In this document: piece after piece, positions 40,268 to 49,973 of the stretch
Layout of the letters: each line of letters starts with the position of its first letter
Position numbering within the stretch: position 1 is the stretch's first letter
Virus record (IMG/VR): IMGVR_UViG_3300025704_000015
Location: 1 to 64,000 of that record
Direction: 5' to 3' (one strand)
Length of the DNA: 64,000 nt
Source: a virus
Translations under genes and position numbers: made by a program
Notes under the pieces: generated by a model
What the model saw: only the letters and a program-made list of their open reading frames with translations
The model's database searches: none
What the model was told of the DNA's origin: nothing

Positions 40268-40688
40268 AAATAAACTACCAAATGATGCTAAGATTGGCTT
40301 CACCTGTTCAACCTTCGATTTATTACACGCCGGTCATATTGTGATGTTGCAAGAAGCAAAATCATTATGCGACTATCTTGTATGTGGTCTATTAATTGAT
40401 CCAACTGTTGACCGCCCTGATTCTAAAAACAAACCGATCCAATCTCCATTTGAAAGGTACGTACAATTATCGTCATGCCGATATGTCGATGAAGTTATAC
40501 CTTTCACGACTGAGCAAGAAATAGTTGACATCATATTAACTATAAATCCTGACATCAGAATTGTTGGCGAAGAATATCGAGACACGGATCACACAGGAAA
40601 GGGCTTATGCCCTGTACATTATAATAAAAGAAAACATTCATTCTCTTCGTCAGATCTTAGAGACCGAGTAATAAAATCAAATATATAA
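40254..40688 (+). CDS. cytidylyltransferase (TagD / glycerol-3-phosphate CT-like)
   Basis: STFDLLHAGH, YVDEVIP, RKHSFSSS. Confidence 0.88.
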   Translation: MFLDKNKLPNDAKIGFTCSTFDLLHAGHIVMLQEAKSLCDYLVCGLLIDPTVDRPDSKNKPIQSPFERYVQLSSCRYVDEVIPFTTEQEIVDIILTINPDIRIVGEEYRDTDHTGKGLCPVHYNKRKHSFSSSDLRDRVIKSNI

Positions 40689-40774
40689 TTATATAAAACA
40701 CACGCCTATTACATCATGATGATCATGATAGGCAAAGCATAATAAAAATTTAAGTAAAAAAATATTAAAATAAA

Positions 40775-41989
40775 ATGAAAAGTGAAATAACATATGGCAG
40801 TATCGTGCCTTTAATCGGAGGAGAAAGTTTAGGAATTCAAAATGTTCTTGATGGTAAACATCCTGAATGGGTAATGTCATATCGAGCTTTTGAAGCTAAT
40901 GATGCCCATTATATGAATCATATTAGAAACCAAGGGTATGAAGGAGATTATGTATTTCTTGATGAAACTCATGGTTATAAAGCAAAACAAGTAGATGTAG
41001 TAAATACGGTTTGCCCTTGCGCAGGTTTATCATCCTTATCACCAACATCAAATGCTAAGAGTGCTACAAACGATTGGATGTATCATACGGCCGAGCATGT
41101 TCTTGAAAATATTAAACCAAAAGTATTTTGGGGAGAGAACGCGCCAAGACTAGCGATGTCAACAGGAGCTCCGGTTGTCGATAAATTAAAAGAAATTGCT
41201 AAGAAATTTAATTATACATTTAGCATTTACAAAACAAAAAGTCTGGTGCAAGGTTTTTCTCAAGTTCGTGATAGGACGTTCTATTTCTTTTGGAAAGACG
41301 ATTCTGTTCCACTCTTTGATTATATCCATCGACCAAATCAAAAAATTGAAGATTTATTAAACGCCGTTGTAAATGATCCGGAAGATCCTATGAGCGAAGT
41401 TCTTAATAAAGATATTCCTTCAGAGTTTTGTTTATATAATTATATTCTCAATGAAATTCATGGCGGTATTTCTCATGCTGAGTTTGTAGATAAGCATTTA
41501 GAAAAATCATCAAATGCGTTTCATTATATTGAAAATAACGATTCATATGATAAACTAATCCCATGGCTACAAGAAAAGGGAGAAGATCGTTGGGCTGCTA
41601 CAATTGGTCGAATGAATGAAAAAATTAAAAATGGCAAAGGAGTAATGAGAAGAACTGTTACATGGCCCAAGGATTATATTGGTGCTTTTGTTGGCCACCT
41701 CCCACAATGGCTTACTCATCCAACTGAAGATCGTTATTTAACGGTTCGCGAGTGTATGGAAATTATGTATTTGCCTAAAGACTTTCAATTACTTAATACT
41801 AAACAATGGAATCATATTTGTCAAAATGTTCCTGTTAAGACAGCCGAAGATATGATGGGCCAAATTGTAAAATATTTACAAGGTGATCTTGATAAAGTAA
41901 ATACCACATATATCTTACAAGATAATAAAAGGCAGAGGTGGGAAGCTGAACAAGAATGTGAAACCGCTTCATTAGAAGACTTCACATAA
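40775..41989 (+). CDS. divergent DNA cytosine-C5 methyltransferase
   Basis: PCAGLS (IV), GENAP (VI), QVRDRTF (VIII), RYLTVREC (IX), QNVP (X); motif I variant PLIGG. Confidence 0.75.
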   Translation: MKSEITYGSIVPLIGGESLGIQNVLDGKHPEWVMSYRAFEANDAHYMNHIRNQGYEGDYVFLDETHGYKAKQVDVVNTVCPCAGLSSLSPTSNAKSATNDWMYHTAEHVLENIKPKVFWGENAPRLAMSTGAPVVDKLKEIAKKFNYTFSIYKTKSLVQGFSQVRDRTFYFFWKDDSVPLFDYIHRPNQKIEDLLNAVVNDPEDPMSEVLNKDIPSEFCLYNYILNEIHGGISHAEFVDKHLEKSSNAFHYIENNDSYDKLIPWLQEKGEDRWAATIGRMNEKIKNGKGVMRRTVTWPKDYIGAFVGHLPQWLTHPTEDRYLTVRECMEIMYLPKDFQLLNTKQWNHICQNVPVKTAEDMMGQIVKYLQGDLDKVNTTYILQDNKRQRWEAEQECETASLEDFT

Positions 41990-42059
41990 TAATAATATTT
42001 AATGATTTACATTCATTAAAAAATAGATTATAATATTAACAGCAACAAAATAAAACTAT

Positions 42060-43148
42060 ATGTCATTACTAGATAAACTAAAAAAGAACTGCCGAGTAAA
42101 AGAAGCCGACGTCCTAGCCGATAGCCAATTTTACGCGGAGAAGGATATGATTCCAACACCAGTGCCGATGATTAACGTCGCGCTTAGTGGAAAAATGGAT
42201 GGGGGTTTAACAAGCGGGTTAACCGTATTGGCTGGGCCTTCTAAACACTTTAAAACTTCATTTGCTCTACTAATGGCAAGTGCTTATTTAAAACAACATA
42301 AGGACGCGGTTCTAATGTTTTATGATTCAGAGTTTGGTTCTCCGCAAGCATACTTTGAAAGCTTTGGTATTGATATTAACCGAGTACTTCATATTCCTAT
42401 TAAGAATGTCGAAGAACTGAAGTTCGATATGATTAACCAATTTGAAGATCTAGATCGCAAAGATAAAGTTATTGTTATTATTGATTCGATTGGTAACCTT
42501 GCATCTAAGAAGGAGATGGACGACGCTATTAACGAAAAGAGTGTCGCTGATATGAGCCGAGCAAAATCCATTAAGGGTTTATTCCGAATGGCTACTCCTT
42601 ACTTAACAATGAAAGACATTCCTCTGATTGCAGTTAACCATACATATCAAGAGATGGGGCTGTTTCCAAGAGCGGTTGTATCAGGAGGAACTGGAATTTA
42701 TTATTCAGCAGATACCATTTGGATTATTGGTCGTTCACAAGATAAAAAAGGAACAGAGATTCAAGGTTATCACTTTAACGTTGTAGTTGAGAAAAGCAGA
42801 TTTGTTAAAGAGAAAAGCCGTATTCCAATTACAGTGAGTTGGGAAGGTGGAATTCAAAAATGGAGTGGCCTGCTTGATGTTGCGATTGACGGAGGTTATG
42901 CTACAAAACCAAAGAACGGATGGTACATGGCAAATAACCCAGAGACGGGTGAAGAACTGCATCCTGTTAACCGTCGTGCCGCCGACACTCTTAATAAAGA
43001 GTTTTGGGAACCTATCTTTGAGAAAACTGACTTTGCCGATTTTATTAAAAACAAATTTACGATTGGTTTACATGATATGTCAGGTGATGAAGCTGAAGTG
43101 GTTGTAGATGCCGCTCTTGAAACTGAAACTATTGAAGAAGATGCTTGA
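42060..43148 (+). CDS. uvsX: RecA-like recombinase UvsX
   Basis: AGPSKHFKT, FYDSEFG, DSIGNLAS, SGGTGIYYSAD. Confidence 0.95.
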   Translation: MSLLDKLKKNCRVKEADVLADSQFYAEKDMIPTPVPMINVALSGKMDGGLTSGLTVLAGPSKHFKTSFALLMASAYLKQHKDAVLMFYDSEFGSPQAYFESFGIDINRVLHIPIKNVEELKFDMINQFEDLDRKDKVIVIIDSIGNLASKKEMDDAINEKSVADMSRAKSIKGLFRMATPYLTMKDIPLIAVNHTYQEMGLFPRAVVSGGTGIYYSADTIWIIGRSQDKKGTEIQGYHFNVVVEKSRFVKEKSRIPITVSWEGGIQKWSGLLDVAIDGGYATKPKNGWYMANNPETGEELHPVNRRAADTLNKEFWEPIFEKTDFADFIKNKFTIGLHDMSGDEAEVVVDAALETETIEEDA

Positions 43149-43443
43149 AGAAGGATCAGACTATGAAATTGTTTCCCATGGTAAAATTAAAGACCATGCT
43201 TCAATTAAAATTCTTAAAGGAGAATATGAAGGCGTCCAATATAGTTATGGGAAAATCTCATTTGAATTAAAGGACGTTGATGGTATGGAACTGCCAGTAT
43301 TAAAGTTCATTTATGAAATTGATAAACATCCTGAAACAATAGAAAAAGAAACCTTAGAAAAAGACCAATATTTTACATCTTATATTGGAACTATATTAGA
43401 TAAAATATTAATAGAACAAGGTCAAACAGATAAGCATGAATAA
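43141..43443 (+). CDS. gp40: head vertex assembly chaperone gp40-like
   Basis: IKILKGEYEGVQYSYGKI; between uvsX and gp41 as in T4. Confidence 0.65.
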   Translation: MLEEGSDYEIVSHGKIKDHASIKILKGEYEGVQYSYGKISFELKDVDGMELPVLKFIYEIDKHPETIEKETLEKDQYFTSYIGTILDKILIEQGQTDKHE

Positions 43444-44833
43444 ATCTTTCGAGGAAATTATATTAACAAATTTAATTAATAATGAGAAGTTTTGTAGAAA
43501 ATCATTACCTCATATTAAATCAGAATATTTTGATAACCAAGAAAAAGCAGTTTATGATTTAATCGTTAACTTTATTTCTAAGTATAACAAACTGCCAACA
43601 AGTAACGTTCTTTTAATTGAACTTCAGAATTCTGAATATAGTAATCGTAGCGATGTAAATGAAATATATCAAACAATTACTAATTTAGAACAAGCTGATA
43701 ATAGCGATGAAGATTGGTTGTTAGAAAGTACTGAAACATGGTGTAAAGATCGAGCAGTTCATAATGCAGTAATGGAAAGTATTTCTATTATTGATGGAAA
43801 GAGCCCAGATAAAAACGAAGGTATTATTCCAGAGATTTTAAGTAAAGCTCTTTCCGTAACATTTGATACGGCGGTTGGCCATGATTATATTGGCGATGCT
43901 GAATCTCGATTTGATTTTTATAATAGAGATGAAGAGAAGTTACCATTTGATTTAACAATGTTTAATGAAATCACCGGCGGTGGTTTACCTAATAAAACAT
44001 TAAACATTATCCTTGCAGGAACTGGTGTTGGTAAGAGTTTGGCTATGTGCCACCTTGCTGCAGATGGAATTTCTCAAGGAAAGAATGTTCTTTATATAAC
44101 AATGGAAATGGCTGAAGAGCGTATCGCTGAACGTATTGATGCTAATTTGTTTGATGTAAGGATTGATCAACTTGATACGCTTTCCCGTGAAAACTTTAAT
44201 TCTAAAATAAAGAAAGTTTCTGATAAAGTTAAAGGTCAGTTGATTATTAAGGAATACCCAACTGCTGGAGCTCATGTTGGTCACTTCAGAGCTTTGATAA
44301 CAGAGCTTAAAATGAAGAAACAATTTGTACCAGATGTTATCTTTATTGATTATCTAAACATTTGTGCTAGTAGCAGAATTAAAGGTTTAAGCGGAGGCGT
44401 TAACACCTATTCTTTAATTAAAAGTATTGCTGAAGAAGTTAGAGGATTGGCCGTTGAGTGTAATGTTCCAATTTGGAGTGCTACTCAGGTTACTCGTTCT
44501 GGATTTAATAATTCCGATGTTGACTTAACTGATACATCAGAAAGTTTCGGCTTACCTGCCACAGCTGACTTAATGATTGCTTTAATTAGTAATGAACAGT
44601 TAGAAGGAATGAATCAAATAATGGTAAAGCAATTGAAGAATCGTTATAATGATCCAAGTAATAATAAACGGTTTGTCGTTGGAGTAGATAAATCTAAGAT
44701 GCGTTTATATGATGTTGCTGACCCAACTCAAGATATATTAGATGATTCTAAAATAGCAGGAGCACAAGTGGGTAATAGTGATGCCATGCATAACATTGGT
44801 AAGAACGTAGACTTCTCTGGTTTTAAAGTTTGA
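43436..44833 (+). CDS. gp41: replicative helicase gp41
   Basis: AGTGVGKS, ITMEMAEE, IDYLNI, SESFGLPATAD, KQLKNRY. Confidence 0.96.
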   Translation: MNKSFEEIILTNLINNEKFCRKSLPHIKSEYFDNQEKAVYDLIVNFISKYNKLPTSNVLLIELQNSEYSNRSDVNEIYQTITNLEQADNSDEDWLLESTETWCKDRAVHNAVMESISIIDGKSPDKNEGIIPEILSKALSVTFDTAVGHDYIGDAESRFDFYNRDEEKLPFDLTMFNEITGGGLPNKTLNIILAGTGVGKSLAMCHLAADGISQGKNVLYITMEMAEERIAERIDANLFDVRIDQLDTLSRENFNSKIKKVSDKVKGQLIIKEYPTAGAHVGHFRALITELKMKKQFVPDVIFIDYLNICASSRIKGLSGGVNTYSLIKSIAEEVRGLAVECNVPIWSATQVTRSGFNNSDVDLTDTSESFGLPATADLMIALISNEQLEGMNQIMVKQLKNRYNDPSNNKRFVVGVDKSKMRLYDVADPTQDILDDSKIAGAQVGNSDAMHNIGKNVDFSGFKV

Positions 44834-44868
44834 AACTTTATAAATAACTAAAATTACTATTACACTAA

Positions 44869-46425
44869 ATGGATATTAACAAACTAAGATTTAAGGATTT
44901 CGTATTAACTGAAGGTATTTCATCAGGCTCTATTGAGAAAGCTACCTTTTTAATGATTAAGTATTTAAAAAAGAAGACGGGTTTAAACCTTTTCGCAATG
45001 CCAGAGCTAGAGCAATATAAAGGATCTGCTGGTAAAGGATTTGGTTTACGTTTGTTCGCTAATAAGAATGGTATATCCGTTCGATTAAACTTCTCTTCAA
45101 CAAGAGCTCAAACGAATGCATTAACCGGATTTGATGTTTGGTTAGGAGACGGTAAACCATCAACACGAGTTGAGTTTGCTAATATGACAAGCGTTGTTAA
45201 AATCCTTCCTATTGTTGCTGAAATCATTAATAACAAAGGTTCAAACAGTAAAGTAGTTTATACTATTCCAGATGGAGTTCCTTTAAATGAAGGATACGCA
45301 TATGGAACAGATTCCATTCTTTTAAAAGAAGCAGCGGGAGCTGGTGATGTTCCAGCAATGTTTGATGATATTGTTGATATGATTGTATCTCCTAACTTTT
45401 CAAAAGGGAAGATCTATAGGAAATATAAAAGTGCTGGAGTTAAAGTATTCGAAGCTCTTGAAGAAGTATATCCAAAGAACATTACCAAGCAAGGCGTTAA
45501 ATATGTATTTGACGGTAAGCCTGCAGTAGTACAAAAGATCAAGAAAGATAAATCTAAAATTCTTGAAATGATTGGCGCTAACGAAGGTAAAGTAACTAAA
45601 GGGAGTGCTAAAGAAACATATGCTGATAATTCAAATGCAGATGAGCTTTTAAATGATAGAGAACGATTAAGTTTTGAAGCTCAGTTAGAAGATCTTGAGA
45701 ATCTATTGAAACTAACCGTTAATGGCGCAGCGAACGCAATCTTTATTGCTGGGCGTGGCGGAGTTGGTAAAACGTTTACTACAGAAAAGATTCTTGGTGA
45801 AATGGGTTATAGAGATGGAGCTGGTTACTTTAAGAACACTGGTTCTGCTAGTGCGGCTGGAATGTATTCTCTATTATTTAAATATAAGAATGAAATTATC
45901 TTCTTCGATGATAGTGACGATGCTCTTAAAGACCAAGAAAGCCGTAACCTTTTAAAAGCTGCAACCGATACCAAAAAGATTCGTAAACTCGTTTGGAACA
46001 AGATGGGTAAGAATGTTGCAGAGCCTGATGAAATGACTGACGATGAAATCCTTGATGCTGGATTAATTCCACGTTACTTTGAATTCACGGGCAAGATCAT
46101 CTTTATCTCTAACCTTAAGATGAACAAGCTTGATCCTGATGGCGCACTAAGAACTCGAGCATTTATTATTGATATTGATCCAACCGAAGGCGAAATTTAC
46201 GACTTTATGGATAAGATTGTCGGTAAGATTTCTTTAGAAGAAGGTTTAACTCTTGATTTAACAGAACGTAAACGAGTAGTTGATCTATTAAGAAAAGGAA
46301 AAAGTAAGCAATCATCAAACCTTCGTAAGCTATCCCGTGGTTTAAATATGGCCGCTGGAGCTTTAAAAGCAGGTGTTGCCGTTGCCGATAAAGAGTTGGC
46401 TCGTATGATTGAAATTTACGCTTAA
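44869..46425 (+). CDS. late AAA+ ATPase with CTS-like N-terminus
   Basis: Walker A GRGGVGKT, Walker B IIFFDDSD, IIFISN; late promoter at 44839. Confidence 0.8.
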   Translation: MDINKLRFKDFVLTEGISSGSIEKATFLMIKYLKKKTGLNLFAMPELEQYKGSAGKGFGLRLFANKNGISVRLNFSSTRAQTNALTGFDVWLGDGKPSTRVEFANMTSVVKILPIVAEIINNKGSNSKVVYTIPDGVPLNEGYAYGTDSILLKEAAGAGDVPAMFDDIVDMIVSPNFSKGKIYRKYKSAGVKVFEALEEVYPKNITKQGVKYVFDGKPAVVQKIKKDKSKILEMIGANEGKVTKGSAKETYADNSNADELLNDRERLSFEAQLEDLENLLKLTVNGAANAIFIAGRGGVGKTFTTEKILGEMGYRDGAGYFKNTGSASAAGMYSLLFKYKNEIIFFDDSDDALKDQESRNLLKAATDTKKIRKLVWNKMGKNVAEPDEMTDDEILDAGLIPRYFEFTGKIIFISNLKMNKLDPDGALRTRAFIIDIDPTEGEIYDFMDKIVGKISLEEGLTLDLTERKRVVDLLRKGKSKQSSNLRKLSRGLNMAAGALKAGVAVADKELARMIEIYA

Positions 46426-46436
46426 TAAATAATAAT

Positions 46437-47819
46437 ATGAAATCATTTCAAACTTTCTTAATTGAGGGAACCAAGTTAACTCCCCGTGAATTAAAAAAAC
46501 CAGCTACTGGAGGGCCGAACTCTGGAGTTTCTCGCCTTGAAATTCTTTCTAATAAAATTAGAAAACAAGAACCTTTAACTTTAGCAAATGGTAAAACGTT
46601 TATTGTGACTGATACTGCTGGAGCTTTATCTTCTATTGAACAATTTAGAAAAGACGGAATGGCTTTTAAACTAATTGGAAAAAGCGGATCGGAAATTTCA
46701 TCGTCGGATCTATTAAAAACGCTTGAGTTTGGTGGTGGTACTGGAGCTGGTGGTGGAACAAAAAATACAGCAATTGGAGAATCTGCTCAATGTGTATGGA
46801 TGGCCGCAATGGTTGAAATTGGATATGATAAACCAATTGAAAGTTTTACTGATGAAGTATTAACTAAAGCGTTTAAAAAGGTAAGTGTTGGAAAAACTTC
46901 GTTAAAAGATATTTTAAGTATTGATGAGAGTTGGAAAACATCCTCATATTTAACAGCACACTTCGCAATTAAAGAGCGTCTTATTGAAAGAGGTATGACT
47001 TTTCATAGAGATGATTCTCTTATGAAAGAAATTTATAAAGCTAAAAACACAGCTTTTAAAAATAACGATTTTAAACCACTTACAGATGATAAATGGAACC
47101 CAGGCGATATTTGGGTGGCTGATTCTGACTTTAAATTATCAGAATTAAAAACTGATACACTAGAAGGATTTAATGATGATATACTCGACTTATATTTACA
47201 AAAGAGACTTGTTGGTATTTCATTAAAGAAAGTTTCTAAAGCAGTAAAAGGAGTTGAAAAAAATGTTACTCGTCCACCAGAAACTGAAGATTACAAATTT
47301 GTAGCAGGCCATATTAAAGCGTTAACACGAGGAGAATGGTATACAAGTAAAACTAATTATATTACTTATATGGGCGGGCAACTAGATATTAGAGCAAACA
47401 CCGGTTTTGGTTCTCATAAAGTAGAAATTAAAGGTAAAGGCGCCAGAGGAGGCGGAGCTTCTTGGGGCGTTATGTCTGATGCTGCTAAAAGAATTTATCG
47501 AAAAGAACTTCCAAAAAATAATAAAATGAAAAAAGATGCTAAACTAATAGCATCTGGTGATAAAAGAGCAGTTCAAAATTTTACTAAGTTATTACAAACC
47601 GTGGATAAAAAAATATCCAATGCAGAAGTAATAGAAAAATTAGCAAGTCTTGGCAAAAACGCTGATATATGGGTTCACGGTAAACTAGGTGGCCTTTATG
47701 TATTACAATTAATATCAAAAGGTGGCCAAAAGGCAAATAAGTTTATTACTCAGATAATTAACTATGCTGGTAGTTCTACTTCAGACTCAAGCGCATATAT
47801 TATTCTAAAAGAGAAATAA
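46437..47819 (+). CDS. putative PD-(D/E)xK-like nuclease with CTS-like leader
   Basis: E(GESAQ)...WNPGDIW...GISLKK motif order; MKSFQTFLIE start. Confidence 0.55.
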   Translation: MKSFQTFLIEGTKLTPRELKKPATGGPNSGVSRLEILSNKIRKQEPLTLANGKTFIVTDTAGALSSIEQFRKDGMAFKLIGKSGSEISSSDLLKTLEFGGGTGAGGGTKNTAIGESAQCVWMAAMVEIGYDKPIESFTDEVLTKAFKKVSVGKTSLKDILSIDESWKTSSYLTAHFAIKERLIERGMTFHRDDSLMKEIYKAKNTAFKNNDFKPLTDDKWNPGDIWVADSDFKLSELKTDTLEGFNDDILDLYLQKRLVGISLKKVSKAVKGVEKNVTRPPETEDYKFVAGHIKALTRGEWYTSKTNYITYMGGQLDIRANTGFGSHKVEIKGKGARGGGASWGVMSDAAKRIYRKELPKNNKMKKDAKLIASGDKRAVQNFTKLLQTVDKKISNAEVIEKLASLGKNADIWVHGKLGGLYVLQLISKGGQKANKFITQIINYAGSSTSDSSAYIILKEK

Positions 47820-47834
47820 TATTATTAGTATCAA

Positions 47835-47918
47835 ATGAAGATATTAACATTCATACTAATAGTTATAGTACTAACCTCATGTGGCATTGCGCCTCCTGAG
47901 TGTATGATTGGGCATTAA
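47835..47918 (+). CDS. 27-aa lipoprotein-like peptide (MKILTFILIVIVLTSCGIAPPECMIGH)
   Basis: Read directly; signal peptide with an LTSC lipobox. Confidence 0.5.
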   Translation: MKILTFILIVIVLTSCGIAPPECMIGH

Positions 47919-49499
47919 TTAATCTTCGACCCAAACCGCGGCCAAAGATACTCGAGCAAGACTTTCAGTTGATTGCACAATAAATGAAATGCTGCTATTT
48001 GGTGGAACTACAATTCTTAGATCCCCAAGATTAATCGAAGAACTTCCCCCGCCAGGTACTTCAAACATGTAAATTGGCAGATTGTTGTCAACTGTTGTGC
48101 TTACATCTCCTATAGTATCTGAATAATATACAGATGAATTTTCCTCGCTTCTTGTGTTATACTCAAGCTCAGGTAATCCATTAAAATTATAATATACTGA
48201 TACAAGTACAGGCGTTCCAGCTGGATTTGTTAAGAATGCCGAATTAATATTTTTTAATAAAACTTCTCTAGTATTAATTTTATTCTTATAAATTAATCTA
48301 TTATGTAAAGTTAATACATGATGATAATCATCTGCAGATAAGTTAGGGTTTTCATCATATGTAATTGATGTAGCAGTTGGCAGTTTTGTATTTTCTATTA
48401 AACCTTCAATTGCGCCTAACATAGAACCACCTGATACATAAATATCAGTTCCAGTTCCACCTAAACTTGCAGCAATCCATCCAACCTTTAACGATGGGTT
48501 ATCAACGTGAACATCATCATAATTATTTGCATATTTTATTTCATGGAAAACAATCATGTCTCCATTTAACGGGTTTTCAATAGAGAATCTAATTTGCCCA
48601 GCACCAAGCCATCTAAAATTAATTTGGAAAACGTTTAATTTAGTTGGATTTAATATTGCTCTACTATAACCATTACCATCAAGAGTATCACCATTAAAGT
48701 CTTCTTGGTATGTCCAATTATTAGTATGATTTACACCACCTTGAAGAACTGAAAGAGTAGCAGTAACGCCAGTTGAATCTGTATCAGAAAAAGAAAATGT
48801 TCCGGTTTTAGGCCCAACCCCAGTTGATAAAAAACAAACTTTATCAGCAACATATTCTAAAATCCAAAAATCACTTATAATACCATGATGTATTTTTCTT
48901 GCCACATCATTGGCAGTATCTCCTGCTAAGACTGCAATAACAAAATCTTCATCATTTAATGTTACGGTAATATTTCCAGATGTTGTGGCTGAATTACTAA
49001 TAACAATATTATGAATATGGGCTTTACCTTTATTCTGTAAAAGAACTCCAAATTTATCACCATCAAAGCCAACCTGTATAGCTTGCTCTTGCGCAAAGAA
49101 TCCCGCTCTTTGAGTATAACCGATGGCTCCTTCTGTAAATTGAGCAGTGAACCGTGTTAACGCGCCCTGCCCTGGTCTATATCTTACTGCTCTTTTTGAT
49201 CTAATAACGCCATAACCACCCAATGAAGTTCCGGTTCTACATTCTAGTAAAGTGTTTGAGGCTATTGCAGATCCACTCTCAGATTCATAAGACTCAAATA
49301 GTCTTTCATCTAAACCATATAAACCATCCAATTGAAATACCGGCGTAATAGGAACACTCACATGTTCTCCAAATACGCTTACTGCTGAAGCGCTTGATGT
49401 TTTAACTGGATTACCATATTCATCAACCGCTAATGACGCCTCAAAAAGCGAGGTATTATCATTAAGATAATTTTGAGAGGTTCTATTCCACTGGGCCAT
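47919..49499 (-). CDS. late beta-rich protein, probably virion structural (start probably 49499)
   Basis: Minus-strand TATAAATA ends 5 nt before the ATG; RYRPGQG and WLGAG motifs; Gly/Thr/Asn-rich. Confidence 0.65.
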   Translation of the reverse strand: MAQWNRTSQNYLNDNTSLFEASLAVDEYGNPVKTSSASAVSVFGEHVSVPITPVFQLDGLYGLDERLFESYESESGSAIASNTLLECRTGTSLGGYGVIRSKRAVRYRPGQGALTRFTAQFTEGAIGYTQRAGFFAQEQAIQVGFDGDKFGVLLQNKGKAHIHNIVISNSATTSGNITVTLNDEDFVIAVLAGDTANDVARKIHHGIISDFWILEYVADKVCFLSTGVGPKTGTFSFSDTDSTGVTATLSVLQGGVNHTNNWTYQEDFNGDTLDGNGYSRAILNPTKLNVFQINFRWLGAGQIRFSIENPLNGDMIVFHEIKYANNYDDVHVDNPSLKVGWIAASLGGTGTDIYVSGGSMLGAIEGLIENTKLPTATSITYDENPNLSADDYHHVLTLHNRLIYKNKINTREVLLKNINSAFLTNPAGTPVLVSVYYNFNGLPELEYNTRSEENSSVYYSDTIGDVSTTVDNNLPIYMFEVPGGGSSSINLGDLRIVVPPNSSISFIVQSTESLARVSLAAVWVED

Positions 49500-49527
49500 A
49501 CTTTTATTTATACAAATAAATAACTTT

Positions 49528-49962
49528 ATGAAGAGGATACGGGTATATGGTTGTTTGGACAAACCTAAGTTAAAAAAAGAAATACGTGAAGCTGCGTCTC
49601 TTTTTATTCAAGATCTTTTACCACGTAAACGCAAGTATGATATAACAATAACAATATCTTCAGGTTTATCTAAAAAAGTAGGATCCTTTGGAGAATGCTG
49701 GTCATGGTCTCGTAATGAATATACAGTTAAGATCGACGGATCTCAAACAAAGGAAAATATTTTTAAAACACTTGCTCATGAATTTGTACACGTTAAACAA
49801 TTCTCAGTTGGAGAATTAAAATTCTTAACTAAATTTGATGTTTGGCAAGGAACCGTATATTACCATGGAGCTAAATACGAAACTCTTCCATGGGAAAGGG
49901 AAGCAACTCAATATGAAAAAATTCTATATAACAAACATATTGTCAATAAAAGACAATTATAA
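49528..49962 (+). CDS. zincin-like metallopeptidase
   Basis: LAHEFVHVKQ and PWEREA motifs. Confidence 0.75.
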   Translation: MKRIRVYGCLDKPKLKKEIREAASLFIQDLLPRKRKYDITITISSGLSKKVGSFGECWSWSRNEYTVKIDGSQTKENIFKTLAHEFVHVKQFSVGELKFLTKFDVWQGTVYYHGAKYETLPWEREATQYEKILYNKHIVNKRQL

Positions 49963-49973
49963 ATACTAAATAA

